Of a stretch of DNA of 47,022 nucleotides, positions 10,601-20,802 are shown piece after piece; the stretch's first letter is position 1, and each line of letters opens with the position of its first letter. The position numbers were made by a program, and so were the translations under genes. Source of the stretch: Nemertoderma westbladi (lineage: Eukaryota; Animalia; Xenacoelomorpha); the NCBI GenBank assembly GCA_032718475.1, contig JAUCBJ010008042.1, forward strand, positions 1 through 47,022, written 5' to 3'. The notes below the pieces were generated by a model. The model saw nothing but the letters and a program-made list of their open reading frames with translations, was not told where the DNA came from and made no database searches.

Positions 10601-12428
10601 CTTTGGAGAAGGAGTCTCGGTTGTCATTCGCAGTGGTTCGCACCACGGAGCAGGCGTTGGAAGGGCTAGATATGATCCCAAAAGCCTGGATGGTCATCCA
10701 GTACTCCACCGGTTTCTGGTTGAGGTCTCCTTCAGGCCACCACAGAAATCTCAGGCTGTCTCTATCTCTCTCCAGCGCCTTGACTTGTAAGAACATTCCT
10801 TCGATATCGGAAGCGAACGCGATGGAATATTGTCTTAATCTTAAAAGTATTCCCAACAAAGATTGGAGCAAGTTGGGTCCTGGTAACAACTCGGAATTAA
10901 GGGATTGGCCCATATATAGGGCGGAGCCATCAAATACGACCCGTACTTCATGGGGTTTACCGGGTTTGGGAACGTAATGATGTGTTAGATAATAAGTCCT
11001 TTCAGTTATTGGAGTTCCTTCCGGTACTCGCTCCGCATATCCCTTTGTGATAAATTTCTTCAACTGAGTTTGGTACATTTCCTTAGCTGAAGCGTTTGCC
11101 GTAAGACGTCGATGTAATTGGTTGATTCTTTTCTCAGCCAAGGGTCTGTTATTTATAAATCTGGGTTCACGTTTTCGGAAGGGTAGTCCGATTTCATATC
11201 TACCTTGATCTTTTAAAAAACGTGTGGTTGTTTCCTGGATTTGCTTGGCTCTTTCTTCTTCTATCGACAGGGCTTTGTCGTATGAATTGGGTTCTACTAA
11301 TTCTTGGGTAAAGAATCGTACGGCGAGTTCGTCCCGAGTTCTAGCGTTGTAGCGCTCTACCTCGTCATTAAGTTCGTCATTATAAATAATGGATTCCGTT
11401 GGGCGAATCAGTTGACATAGGTTCGTTTGGTTTTTCCAAGTCTGATTCTCTGTAAGTAGGTCAATTGTGTTCTCTTCTTCGAAGAGTTGGTAGATGTCGT
11501 CATTATCTGAGGAATATGGTGTTCCCTCAGTTAGTTCGTCCACCTCACTGCTTTCCACTTCCCAATCGTTTACTTGATATATTTGTTCGTGAGGCATTCT
11601 CTCTTCGAGAGTTCTACGGGAAGGGCCAGTAAAGTACCAACCTACTCTAGTTCTTACCGCATATGTTTGCAGTGGTTGTGGTTGAGCAGGCCGTTTCTCT
11701 AATGTTTCGAGCGCCTCGTGCGCGTTTTGGCCGATAAGTATTTGCACTCCAGGATAATCTGTCTGGAATCGAGGTATCTTAAGATGTTGGACGCTCTCAT
11801 CTTCGTCCCAATTATAAAGGTCTGCTTGAGTAGTAGCAAAGTTCTTTATAGCCACCATTTTTACTGACCTTATACCTTGTGTTCCTAACTTATCCTGGGG
11901 GGTGGACAACACACCTACATAGTAATCTGCCGTTAGGGTAGATTTCCAAACCTGCATAATTCCTGACATATTCAATTTAGTCCGGAACCTGGGTTGTCCA
12001 GCAAAGATATCTTCGGCTAGTTCTTGATCGATGAATGTTCCTGTGCTGCCGGAGTCAAGTAGGGCGTTCACTATGTAGCTTTTGTTAATACCGTGAACTC
12101 TTACCTGAACTACAGGAAATTCTCTGATTCCTACGTTGGAAGCTGGAGCTTTCCAAGATGGTTGTTTGGCGAAAGTAGTTTGGGGAAACTCATCGTTGAT
12201 GTCCCTTTCGTAAGTAAGTGCTCGATACACCGCGGTGTTTATTAGATAACAGGATTCATTGGCGTCGGAGAATTCGTCAGTATAGAATCCTTCCATCTCG
12301 GACTCTTGATCAGTGTCATTTACGTCACTAAATTGGACATGTAGTTCGGGCTCACTTACCTGACTCTGTTTGTCTCGTTCGAACTCACTGTGTAACAAAG
12401 ATGTGATGTTTCGCGCCACACTTTGCAC
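7686..12428 (-). CDS. pol: BEL/Pao Pol (aspartic protease, RT, RNase H, integrase)
   Basis: ALLDSGS; RVVFDGS, DIEGMFLQV, LRFLWW, YMDD; VFGDAS, PRAEL, YWTD, NPADIASRG; H-HAG-CIPC; GVDLFGP, SDKGTNF, WERLIRSVK; GRIIE..DGLVRSV. Confidence 0.97.
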   Translation of the reverse strand: MQSVARNITSLLHSEFERDKQSQVSEPELHVQFSDVNDTDQESEMEGFYTDEFSDANESCYLINTAVYRALTYERDINDEFPQTTFAKQPSWKAPASNVGIREFPVVQVRVHGINKSYIVNALLDSGSTGTFIDQELAEDIFAGQPRFRTKLNMSGIMQVWKSTLTADYYVGVLSTPQDKLGTQGIRSVKMVAIKNFATTQADLYNWDEDESVQHLKIPRFQTDYPGVQILIGQNAHEALETLEKRPAQPQPLQTYAVRTRVGWYFTGPSRRTLEERMPHEQIYQVNDWEVESSEVDELTEGTPYSSDNDDIYQLFEEENTIDLLTENQTWKNQTNLCQLIRPTESIIYNDELNDEVERYNARTRDELAVRFFTQELVEPNSYDKALSIEEERAKQIQETTTRFLKDQGRYEIGLPFRKREPRFINNRPLAEKRINQLHRRLTANASAKEMYQTQLKKFITKGYAERVPEGTPITERTYYLTHHYVPKPGKPHEVRVVFDGSALYMGQSLNSELLPGPNLLQSLLGILLRLRQYSIAFASDIEGMFLQVKALERDRDSLRFLWWPEGDLNQKPVEYWMTIQAFGIISSPSNACSVVRTTANDNRDSFSKEVIDNIKRNIYMDDNLRSLPSVEEAIAVAKGTVECLKRGGFRLTKFTSNSREFLEAIPVEDRGAKDLDLIKDDLPETKTLGLKWDTERDILFFQLKQRDNPVRTKRICLSILSTYFDPLGFISPVILIARSLVQQMWLENHSWDDPLKGELLKKWMKWEDSLPAIENFIISRAYFGHVLPTYSYQLHVFGDASDMGIGIVAYLRVETPDGIKVALVTSKALINNKLKVPRAELKAALYATAIGRNVTEQIDYPLEKTVYWTDALLVLEYLTNEVCQFSVFVTNRVAIILSRTKIDQWRHCPGTINPADIASRGATPQELIDTPDWLGGPDFLSKEEDEWPPHLTTAEIRQAKGAETVKPKTRASKSKLFKPTIDLSVLHVSGNDDLDPQSLAINKSVAEIRDRDWKSGIPDVSQGISPLLQRAMRHYSSWNRLCKAVTYLKRCFHHQYSRAKTTSDNAPLTSAQVHVIKNLPKYKVSDSFLKEKISHQEHEETNKQILRLLQCYEDSEKYFLLLRNPQMRLRDRFSSTMIDGLIRVGGRLTNAPLSFDTKFPILIRNLEVQIKMIVDVHSKLYHAGRERVLSEIRTRYYFDKPCRALNQVLRNCIPCRKAFSRPLTQREAELPRERVSFYEPPFTNTGVDLFGPIEVYRARTIVKRWCVIFVCMTCRAIHLDMVNDLSTNSFVLSLRRQIARFGTSNTMRSDKGTNFIGANNEIQAYVKDWNQRQVDDQLRITASSWTFNAADAPWWGGSWERLIRSVKTAFHFIVPCRAYLTDELLRTLMEEIAAYLNERPLMPVSSSPDSLEALTPAHFLLKKPVAMLPRSEIVDGDEYCRRTWQLMQLLSRRFADHFEKHYLPTLQLRTKWFAQQENVSAGDMVLIVDPDLPRKRWQTGRIIETHISEDGLVRSVELIVMRRNFKKPGIIFETQQLNRPVGHLCLLERDRELSGNYGRQDTLPTTTSLIPQTSRDSQT

Positions 12429-15400
12429 ACTTTATGTCGGAGTAACAGGTTCGCCGTTGGTGTCCTGGTCTGAGGCAATTATAGCATAACCGCTTGTCCC
12501 ACACAACTGTACGTCTGTCTACAAGGGATTTCTTTAGAAATTCAGCACACGCACTCAAACGGTGTGTCCCGTCGCACAGCGCACAGTTAGGTTTGATGTT
12601 ACTCACTTTACCTTGGTTAACTTGATGCACTCTCGTTTTTTCTTCGGGTTTTCTTCGGTGCATTCTGTTAGGAGACTGAGGAGGGGTCTTGGCAATTTGT
12701 TCTCTCCTATCGTTTCGAGCCTTGTATTTACTTACGTCCTTTGAGGTTTTGTCAACATAATAAGATCGGTCTGTGTCTTTCCCGCTGTCCTCTTCTTGGG
12801 AAGCTTGGCTTTCGCCGTCGTCAGTGTAACACACCGGTGTTACTCTTCTCCTAGAAGTGGGTTTCTCACTTACCTTATTTTCTGATGTTTTCTCTCTGGA
12901 CTGCTTGATGAGTTGTAGTTTTACTTCACCATCTAAGAAAGACATGAGATCAGCCATGGTAGGACTTCGTCGTTGTTGTTCATTCATGTACAACACTTTC
13001 TTGTCCCAGCGTGTACATACTCCACCCTTTGGTAAAGTAGAGACTACGGCTCCAATAACCATGGAACTCTGATATTCATGCGACTTACCTAACCAGTCCA
13101 GTTGTCTACAGATCTCTTGAATTTCATCGGAAAACTCTATAATCCCGCTACTAAGGAAGTGTCGGGGGGCTACTAATTTTGCATACAAATACTTAGCTAT
13201 GTTATCCTTGTTACCATACCTGATGTTTAGTGTATCCCAAACTTGTCTTAATCCATCTGGATGTCCAATAAACTTTAACGCCATTAACTTGGGAGGTCCT
13301 TCCAAGCACTTGATGAGGAATCTAAGTTTCTCTCCGTTAGATAGTACAGAGTTCTGTATGCTATCTTTGTAATATTCGTTGAAAGGTAACCATTTCATCT
13401 CATCTCCATTGAATTTGACGATCTCTCCCACTTTGACCGCTTGGCGGGCTTCTGTTCTAGCCATCTGACGCGTAAAGCTTTCTTGGGCCATCGTGTTATT
13501 TAATATCGAATTATCGGTATATAAATTTCTCGGATCATTATCAGGTCTATAGGGAATATCATTAATAACAGGTCTATAATCACCCTTAATAGGGTTTGCT
13601 ATAGGAGTTTCAACTTCACTAGCAGTATAGATGCGTGTAGGCTCCACACCTTGCGCATGTAATACTTCAGACCTAACAGGTTGACACAATGTTACAGGGG
13701 GTATTGGTATGCCCTTTTGGATATTGACTAATTTGTCGCGTTCTAGTGCGATACTTTGCTGCACTTCTTGCAACTCTGCTCTACGTTCCCTCACTGTTCC
13801 CTTAAGTTGGTGGACAGTCTCCTGCATCTGTCCTAGCAGGAGATTCATCCCCCGCCGTCCCTCCTCTACCCACTCAACCGCCGAAGCGGGAGTCGCCAAC
13901 ATTGTAGCGGGCTGACGCGGGACGACGGGAGATAAATCTTTGATTCCTCTCTCAATGCTCAGGACAGGGGTATTTGCATGGACTGTTCCACCGGGTACAG
14001 GTAGTGTGGTACTATGTAAAGGGAATTTAGAGTTAAGCTCTGGAAGTGCAGGGGTCTCTAGCACAGAAGTGACTTTGGGAACAACAGGCCTAATTATTTC
14101 AGGTTCATCGACTATAGTAGGGAGTCTTTTGACCTGGATAAATGGTTCTATGGGTTCTGCACTACCTAAGTCTGTGCTAGTTAGCTGTCTTTTAACAGCT
14201 GGGGGCAAATCAGGCAATTTGCGACGGTAAGATGTTTTTCTACGCCTACTTAGATGAGATCTATTTCCTCCGCCTTCAGGATCGGTGGTCTCGCCTTCCT
14301 CCGAGGATGTGTATCCCTGGCGCTTGGGAGTAGATTTTCTCATCATCTGCATTTGATTAGCAGTAAACTGTTTATTTATACTGTCTTGTGTCTCTTGCAG
14401 ATTTTCCAACTCCAGTTGGGTAGTCTGCTCAGAGGCTCTCCGTTCTGCTTCTGCCACTGCCTTTGCTGCTTTTCTTTCTGCTTCTGCATCTGCCGCCGCT
14501 GCCTTTCTTTCTACTTCTGCTTCTGCCATAGCCGCCGCCTTTTGTTCCTCTATCCTTCTTTTCTTTATTTGTTCTTCTCGGACTCTAGTGAGGCGGAGTT
14601 TTTCATCACATTCAGCTTGGTTTGCAGCTAACATTTCGGCATCGATTGAGTCCAACACAAGCTTGGTTCCTTCACTATTAGGGGAAAGTCCAGACAGCCG
14701 TCTCCTCAACTCTTCGTCTCCTAGGAATCGCTGATAGTCGGACAAATAAATGTCGATAGCGTCTCTAGTTCGCGGTTTCTCGGCGGTCTCTTCGCTTTCC
14801 GCTTGAGAAAGGGTGACATCAGTTGGTTCTTCATAGGTTGATCTCTCAGCCAGCTGGGATTTCCACTGGGCCGTTTCCTGTACTTTGAGATCTACCCGAT
14901 GTAACCAAGTTTTGACAGCAACATGCAGCGACGTGTCCTGTCTTCTTTTGGAAGTTTCCTCAAAGGCTGAGAGGATTAGTCGAATGCGTAGGGTTCTTTC
15001 GCGTACTTGGTATAGCAGCTCTTCCTGCTCTTGAGGTCCTTGAAGTTGTCGAAACAGTTGTTCTTCCAATCGCTCCAAGGAGCCGAAGAATCCCTGCACA
15101 TATCCTGCTGCCGACCTCTTCCAAACAGCTGGATCCATTGTATCTTTAGCCACTCCAATCCTGTGTATATCTTCCCAAGTAGCCTCGGACAAATCCAACG
15201 GGAGTCCGAGTCCAGGAAAGTTCCATTGTGACTCGACAATAGACATCAATTCTTCCCTGGCGTATCCCGCATAATTATCTTGGGTCGCTCGCTTATTCCT
15301 CGCCCAATCGGCTTGATGTTCCTCCACCGCAATGAATATAGTAGTTAGCACTGCAGCAGGAAGGGTAAGAAGGGGGTCCGAGTAGACTGTAGCAGCCATC

Positions 15401-15711
15401 TGCACTCCGCGTTCGGGGGTTAGCTCTACAGTATCCGAACTACTGGAGCTATCGGGTCGCTGGGAAGTAGGTTCTTGACCAAGATGTTGCTGCGATAGGA
15501 CAACTGCCTCTTGGTTCCGTTTGACCTGTGCCCGAGTACCTATGATGGACCTATGGTGGATTAGCCTAGGGTCTGATACTACTGGAGGGATGACCTTTTT
15601 TGCAGTAGGAGGTGAGCTGAACTCCTTTCTTAATCGCTCCACACTCCTATCTGAGTCACAGATAGTTGTATCGATCAGACTGTCTGACAGGTTTTGCTGA
15701 GTGTCAGACAT
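12385..15711 (-). CDS. gag: BEL/Pao Gag (1108 aa) with long N-terminal coiled-coil extension
   Basis: DUF1759-like KFNGD..W..F capsid region; terminal CALCDGTHRLSAC / CYNCLRPGHQRRTC / CAKCGAKHH knuckles; AEAERKA coiled-coil repeats. Confidence 0.93.
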   Translation of the reverse strand: MSDTQQNLSDSLIDTTICDSDRSVERLRKEFSSPPTAKKVIPPVVSDPRLIHHRSIIGTRAQVKRNQEAVVLSQQHLGQEPTSQRPDSSSSSDTVELTPERGVQMAATVYSDPLLTLPAAVLTTIFIAVEEHQADWARNKRATQDNYAGYAREELMSIVESQWNFPGLGLPLDLSEATWEDIHRIGVAKDTMDPAVWKRSAAGYVQGFFGSLERLEEQLFRQLQGPQEQEELLYQVRERTLRIRLILSAFEETSKRRQDTSLHVAVKTWLHRVDLKVQETAQWKSQLAERSTYEEPTDVTLSQAESEETAEKPRTRDAIDIYLSDYQRFLGDEELRRRLSGLSPNSEGTKLVLDSIDAEMLAANQAECDEKLRLTRVREEQIKKRRIEEQKAAAMAEAEVERKAAAADAEAERKAAKAVAEAERRASEQTTQLELENLQETQDSINKQFTANQMQMMRKSTPKRQGYTSSEEGETTDPEGGGNRSHLSRRRKTSYRRKLPDLPPAVKRQLTSTDLGSAEPIEPFIQVKRLPTIVDEPEIIRPVVPKVTSVLETPALPELNSKFPLHSTTLPVPGGTVHANTPVLSIERGIKDLSPVVPRQPATMLATPASAVEWVEEGRRGMNLLLGQMQETVHQLKGTVRERRAELQEVQQSIALERDKLVNIQKGIPIPPVTLCQPVRSEVLHAQGVEPTRIYTASEVETPIANPIKGDYRPVINDIPYRPDNDPRNLYTDNSILNNTMAQESFTRQMARTEARQAVKVGEIVKFNGDEMKWLPFNEYYKDSIQNSVLSNGEKLRFLIKCLEGPPKLMALKFIGHPDGLRQVWDTLNIRYGNKDNIAKYLYAKLVAPRHFLSSGIIEFSDEIQEICRQLDWLGKSHEYQSSMVIGAVVSTLPKGGVCTRWDKKVLYMNEQQRRSPTMADLMSFLDGEVKLQLIKQSREKTSENKVSEKPTSRRRVTPVCYTDDGESQASQEEDSGKDTDRSYYVDKTSKDVSKYKARNDRREQIAKTPPQSPNRMHRRKPEEKTRVHQVNQGKVSNIKPNCALCDGTHRLSACAEFLKKSLVDRRTVVWDKRLCYNCLRPGHQRRTCYSDIKCAKCGAKHHIFVTQ

Positions 15712-16339
15712 GTTTAGCTATACAGTTGAATGTCTACTACTATAGTTTCAGTTAAAGCAAGTCTGGTAATTCAGTATGACCGCAAGCCTAGCGATTTATT
15801 ACCGATACCGTTACTCAGTGTAACGTGATATATATACAATATATTAGAATACCGGTATGCTTATAATATATATAAGTATTATTACAGACTAGATGTCAGG
15901 GCCCTAAACCGATTAGGTTCTCTGTTCGCAGAACACCGAACACTATTCCGGCCACGGAACTAGTCCAGCAGAATGCCTTTATAGAATCCTGGAATTGTTG
16001 GGACGAGAGGATCTCAGCAACTAAGCGAAAACGAACAATAGGATGTTCCTAGACCCCCCCCCCAAAATTTATCCAGAAGACTTTTTCCCATATACATTAC
16101 GTTTAAAGGTCTACGGTTCTCCGGCTAGGGCCAATTTGAGTCAAAAAGTCAGCCTCCCTAGCAACCGCGTTGCTATGCGTACAAGTCCAGAACCGCTAAT
16201 GCTACGGACTTGGGACCGGCGCCAAACTGTAGGCAGCATATGAGTTTACATTGAGGGAGTCTTTTGTGGAGGTGCCCGATCATGATCTTGACCATGATCA
16301 GCAAAGATCAGTTTTGATCAGCAATCGGACACTCAAGGC

Positions 16340-17560
16340 TTGCTCCAATCGAAAAACTTAACATTACAAAAAGATTCAGCGACCCCACATTAGTCATGAT
16401 TCCCGTTAAAAGATTTTCAAAAAAGTGAATTCTTCCTGATCAAAACGCAAGATCATGATCGCGTCAAGATCGGACTTCGTAAAATCGTAACTAAGCATTT
16501 TGGATATAAACAATTACTGTAGGAAACGTTCAGAACACCGCCCTGAGTCGATTAAAAAAAAAATTGGCCCGATCGGACAACCGGTTCTCGAGATCTGATA
16601 CCTGATCATTAAAGATCATATTTTTCGGTTTTTTCCAATTTTCTCGAAAACTTTGTTTGAGACCCCCGATTTTTTTTTTACGAATCGACTTCTATGATGA
16701 AGGGGCAACTTTTGAGCATTTCGAAATTTTCAAAAAGCGATTTGATCAGGCCGCGATCAGAAAAGATCGTGTTTTTGGTTTTATTTCGAAGACCAAGTCC
16801 TGGGAGTTCACCGTATGGAAAAACTTAACATCACAAAAAGATTCCTCACCCTCGAATTATGGGGGGTAGCCAAAATTTGGGCATAAAAAAGTTCAAGTCT
16901 AGTGGGTCAAAACTCAAGATCATGATCGCGAAAAGATCAGTATATTTAAAATCGAATCTAAGCATTTTTCTAATAAACATTCATTGTAAGAAATGTTCAA
17001 TGGTCTATTCTGAGTTGATTAAAAAAAAAATTGGCTCGATCGGACAACCGGTTCTCGAGATCTGATACCTGATCATAAAAGATCGTGTTTTTCGGTTTTT
17101 CCCGATTTTCTCGAAAACTTTGTTTGAGACCCCCGATTTTTTTTTTACTAATCGACTTCTATTAAGAAGGGGCAACTTTTAAGCATTTCGAAATTTTCAA
17201 AAAGCGATTTGATCAGGCCATGATCAGGAAAGATCATGTTTTCGGTTTTATTTCGAAGACCAAGTCCTGTGTGTTCACCGTATGGAAAAACTTAACATTA
17301 CAAAAAGATTCCTCACCCTCGAATTAGGGGGGGTAGCCAAAATTTGACCATAAAAAAGTTCAATTCTAGGGGGTCAAAAGATCATGATCGCGAAATGATC
17401 AGTTTTTTCGAAATTACTTCTGAGCATTTTGGGGCAAAACTTTCAAACTAAAAAGCATTCACTGGAGTGTTCTAAGTAGATTAAAAAAAAATTCGACTCA
17501 ATAGGCCTACCGGTACCGGAGATATGGTCGTCCAAAGTCTGCTTCCGGTAATTCGAAAAT
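16340..17560. repeat. 467-bp tandem repeat, about 2.6 copies, in the 5' leader of element 1
   Basis: gaaaaacttaacat at 16351, 16818 and 17285; cggacaaccggttctcgagat at 16574 and 17041, with a diverged third copy at about 17505. Confidence 0.9.
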
Positions 17561-18464
17561 ATTTCGAAAACCCTTGATCGAATTTTTTCCTTGAAAATAT
17601 GTGAATGTACAGTTAGTGGACCCGCATCCAACGATATATCACAATCCATATTTCGGATGACAGGTACCGGTGAAATCAGACTTTACCGAAAAAAATTCAA
17701 ATTTTTGCTACTCATGTCTGACTATCTCGAAAACTATAACAGATATGGAAATACTTTCACTGCAAGAAATGTTCGCCTATCCAATGCGCTTCTAACTCTG
17801 TGCTCGGATTTTGCGTAGTGTCAGAACCTACTACTTAACCCCCCCAGCGGAGGGAACGGAGTGACCGGAGCGCCAGTACTATCTTTCATTATAATTAAGT
17901 AATAAGGGCGGTGGGTGGGGTAGGTGGTGAACACTATTTATAGGGTGGAGGGAGGGTCTAGTATATTACTTTACGATATTTGATTTATTTGCAATATAGT
18001 TTAGCTGCCTCAGTCTTATTTGTAATATATTATACATTATACCAAATTATATCAAGTTTTAACATACTACATTGTCTACCTGTAGGAGAAATATACAATG
18101 TAGGGCTCATAATATATTTATAAATAGATTTAGTATATTTACATTGTATAACAGAGCGAATTGTATTATTCTAAAGATGCCGCTTTGATACATCTGATCA
18201 AATGACAATTTCTGGTATATTATCTATTTCACTATCTTGGGTATATCATTCAATTTTTAAAACTATAATAATAAACATTTACTTCACTTCTTGTTTACTC
18301 GCATGGATATATTAATATAAAATACGTCAGTATAATATCTTATGGGGCCAAACCCAGCGTAATCAGAGTAATGTTTAATTATTATTACAATTGGTATATT
18401 GAAGTAAGTAGTACATGAGTTTGATACAATAATTATGAATCCGTATCTTATTCTACTCCACTTC

Positions 18465-18467
18465 CTC

Positions 18468-18515
<48 letters not shown>

Positions 18516-18580
18516 TCTCTCTCTCTTTCTCACTCTTATTCTACTACTACTAACTACTATTACTACTACTACTGACTACT
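18465..18580. repeat. (CT)n and (TAC)n microsatellites
   Basis: Directly visible. Confidence 0.95.
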
Positions 18581-19854
18581 GCAGAGTTAGGTGTATATTA
18601 CAAGAGGACGGGGTTCGTGATTATTAGTTATTATCTAAGTGCCCCTCGGCTATAGAGAGTCCACCCTCGGTTGCTTACTGGATTTGTCACAGAGTACCGG
18701 TATATAATTTTAGCACAAATATATATAAATATATAATAGGCCTATCGTGAATACCGGTATACAGCTTACACTTATAGTATATATAAGTATAATTATGAAC
18801 TAGAATTAAGTACAGAGTACCGGTATGATTTCAGCTCAAATTTATAGAAATAAATATAATAAGCTTATGGTAAGTACCGGTATGTCAATTATTTTAGAAT
18901 AATTGAATTTCTGAATATTTTAGGGTTACTTGGTTACTTTAACTCACTTTATTACCGTTATTTAAGCAGTAGTCCAACTGATATTGAGACCTAGTTGTTG
19001 TATGGCAGGCCTACTATTTATAAATCGTTTGAGTTGATTTATAATATTTATATACCCGTTTAAAATGGGTTTTTGTCAATATTTGAAATAAATGTTATTA
19101 TTTCTGGGGGGTCACTACACAGAAGCTGTGCGCTTTCAGTGAAGTGCTATTTATTTGACACTAAAACAGATAATTCTAATTTACCTAAGTTACTTAATAC
19201 TACAAATTACTTACGATATGGTTGAGATTAAATCTCTAATTAAACACAACAAAAATATTACGTACGAATTTTTAGGGTAATTTTACAGGAAGTCTACAAA
19301 CCAGCCTAACAAAGGGTTAGATTTCTGGTTATTACAACGGACAGGGTACTACGGTATTTGAAATAATAAGTAGTAGTAAATATATTGCACTGTCCAGATA
19401 GGAAAATACCACCGCCTGATGACCTATAACCGTATCGCTATAGGTACTACGTTATGTATCACGGAGTGTTCCTACCTGGAAGTTAATAGAGCTAACGAAT
19501 GTGCCTATCAACCACTTTACAACACAAATATACTGCCCACACACTAATTACTTCGGAAAGCACTGTACACTAAACCCTAAATTAGGTACAAGTACCGGTA
19601 TAACAAATAATCAGTAGTTAAATATACTTGAACAGTTAAAAGAACCACGGCATCTGCTGGAGTGACCGAAGCACAAAGTCACCAGTCTTGTCCTACGCCA
19701 AGCAGCCCGTGTAGTACCGGGGTTAATTAACTATAACGGTATGTATAACAAGCACAATTACTGTAGGAATAAACTTGGGGACATGAATGTTGCGAATAAT
19801 CGCATAAACTCTGAATAATAAATATTACGCTACCCGTACAGAATACTCACACAA

Positions 19855-20395
19855 AATACAAACCAAACGCTGGCAGACTACCACCAAGCCTAAATAAACT
19901 ACCGTACGTGTAGATTCTGAAATGGTTAGTTAGTATGCGTTCTAACACGGTAGTACGACTTATTCTTTAAGAGGGGATTGACCTTACAGCATATGGCTGC
20001 CCCAACTTACTAACAGCACTTTATCAGACCAACTCCACACACACAGCAATCTCTTCAGACCTAATAATAGCTAGACAACAATCCAGCCTACAAAATATCT
20101 GAGTAATAACTATTACGGTACCTGAACAGACCACACAAACAAACACAGGCTAAAACACTGGCAGACTACGATCAAGCCTAAATAAACTACAGTATATGCA
20201 GATTCTGAAACAGTTAGTTAGTATGCGTTCTAACACGGTAGTACGACTTATTCTTTAAGAGGGGATTGACCTTACAGCATATGGCTGCCCCAACTTACTA
20301 ACGGCACTTTATCAGACAAACTCTACACACGCCGTAATCTCTCCAAACCCAACAACAGTCAGACAGCAGCTCAGCCTACAATTATCTGAACAATC
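19855..20395. repeat. 288-bp direct duplication with identical 90-nt core
   Basis: ctggcagactac at 19870 and 20158; 19925-20014 is identical to 20213-20302. Confidence 0.92.
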
Positions 20396-20554
20396 TGAGC
20401 AGGGTCACACGCCTTCTGCTCAATATTAGCCTACTAGGAAATAAAACCGACAGAAATAGGTAAAATCTCAATAAAAACCAGGGCTGCAGTCCCTGATTAA
20501 ATACTAAGACCTACCGGTATACAATAATCAAATTCGAATAATACTAATGTACTT

Positions 20555-20690
20555 ATACAGCAGTACCGGTTAGGACAGTTGGGCCTACAGACCTACAGAA
20601 GTACCGGTTCCGGCAGTTGGACCTACGGACCTACAGCAGTACCGGTTCTGGCAGTTGGGCCTACTGACCTACAGAAGTACCGGTTCAGGT
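20555..20690. repeat. 38-bp tandem repeat, about 3.5 copies
   Basis: agtaccggtt at 20562, 20600, 20638 and 20676. Confidence 0.92.
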
Positions 20691-20802
20691 TTACCGGTCA
20701 CTACGGTATTTTGCAACCTTATTGCCTACTGCAATAAGATCATAAACTGTTATTGTTCGCGCTTTTGAAGACCTTTAGCAGTTTAACCTGCCAAAATTTA
20801 TA

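Noticed and set aside
8059-15239. Short overlapping ORFs within gag/pol (e.g. 10333-10977 +, 14254-14631 +)
   Set aside because: Antisense or alternate-frame shadows with no recognisable motifs.
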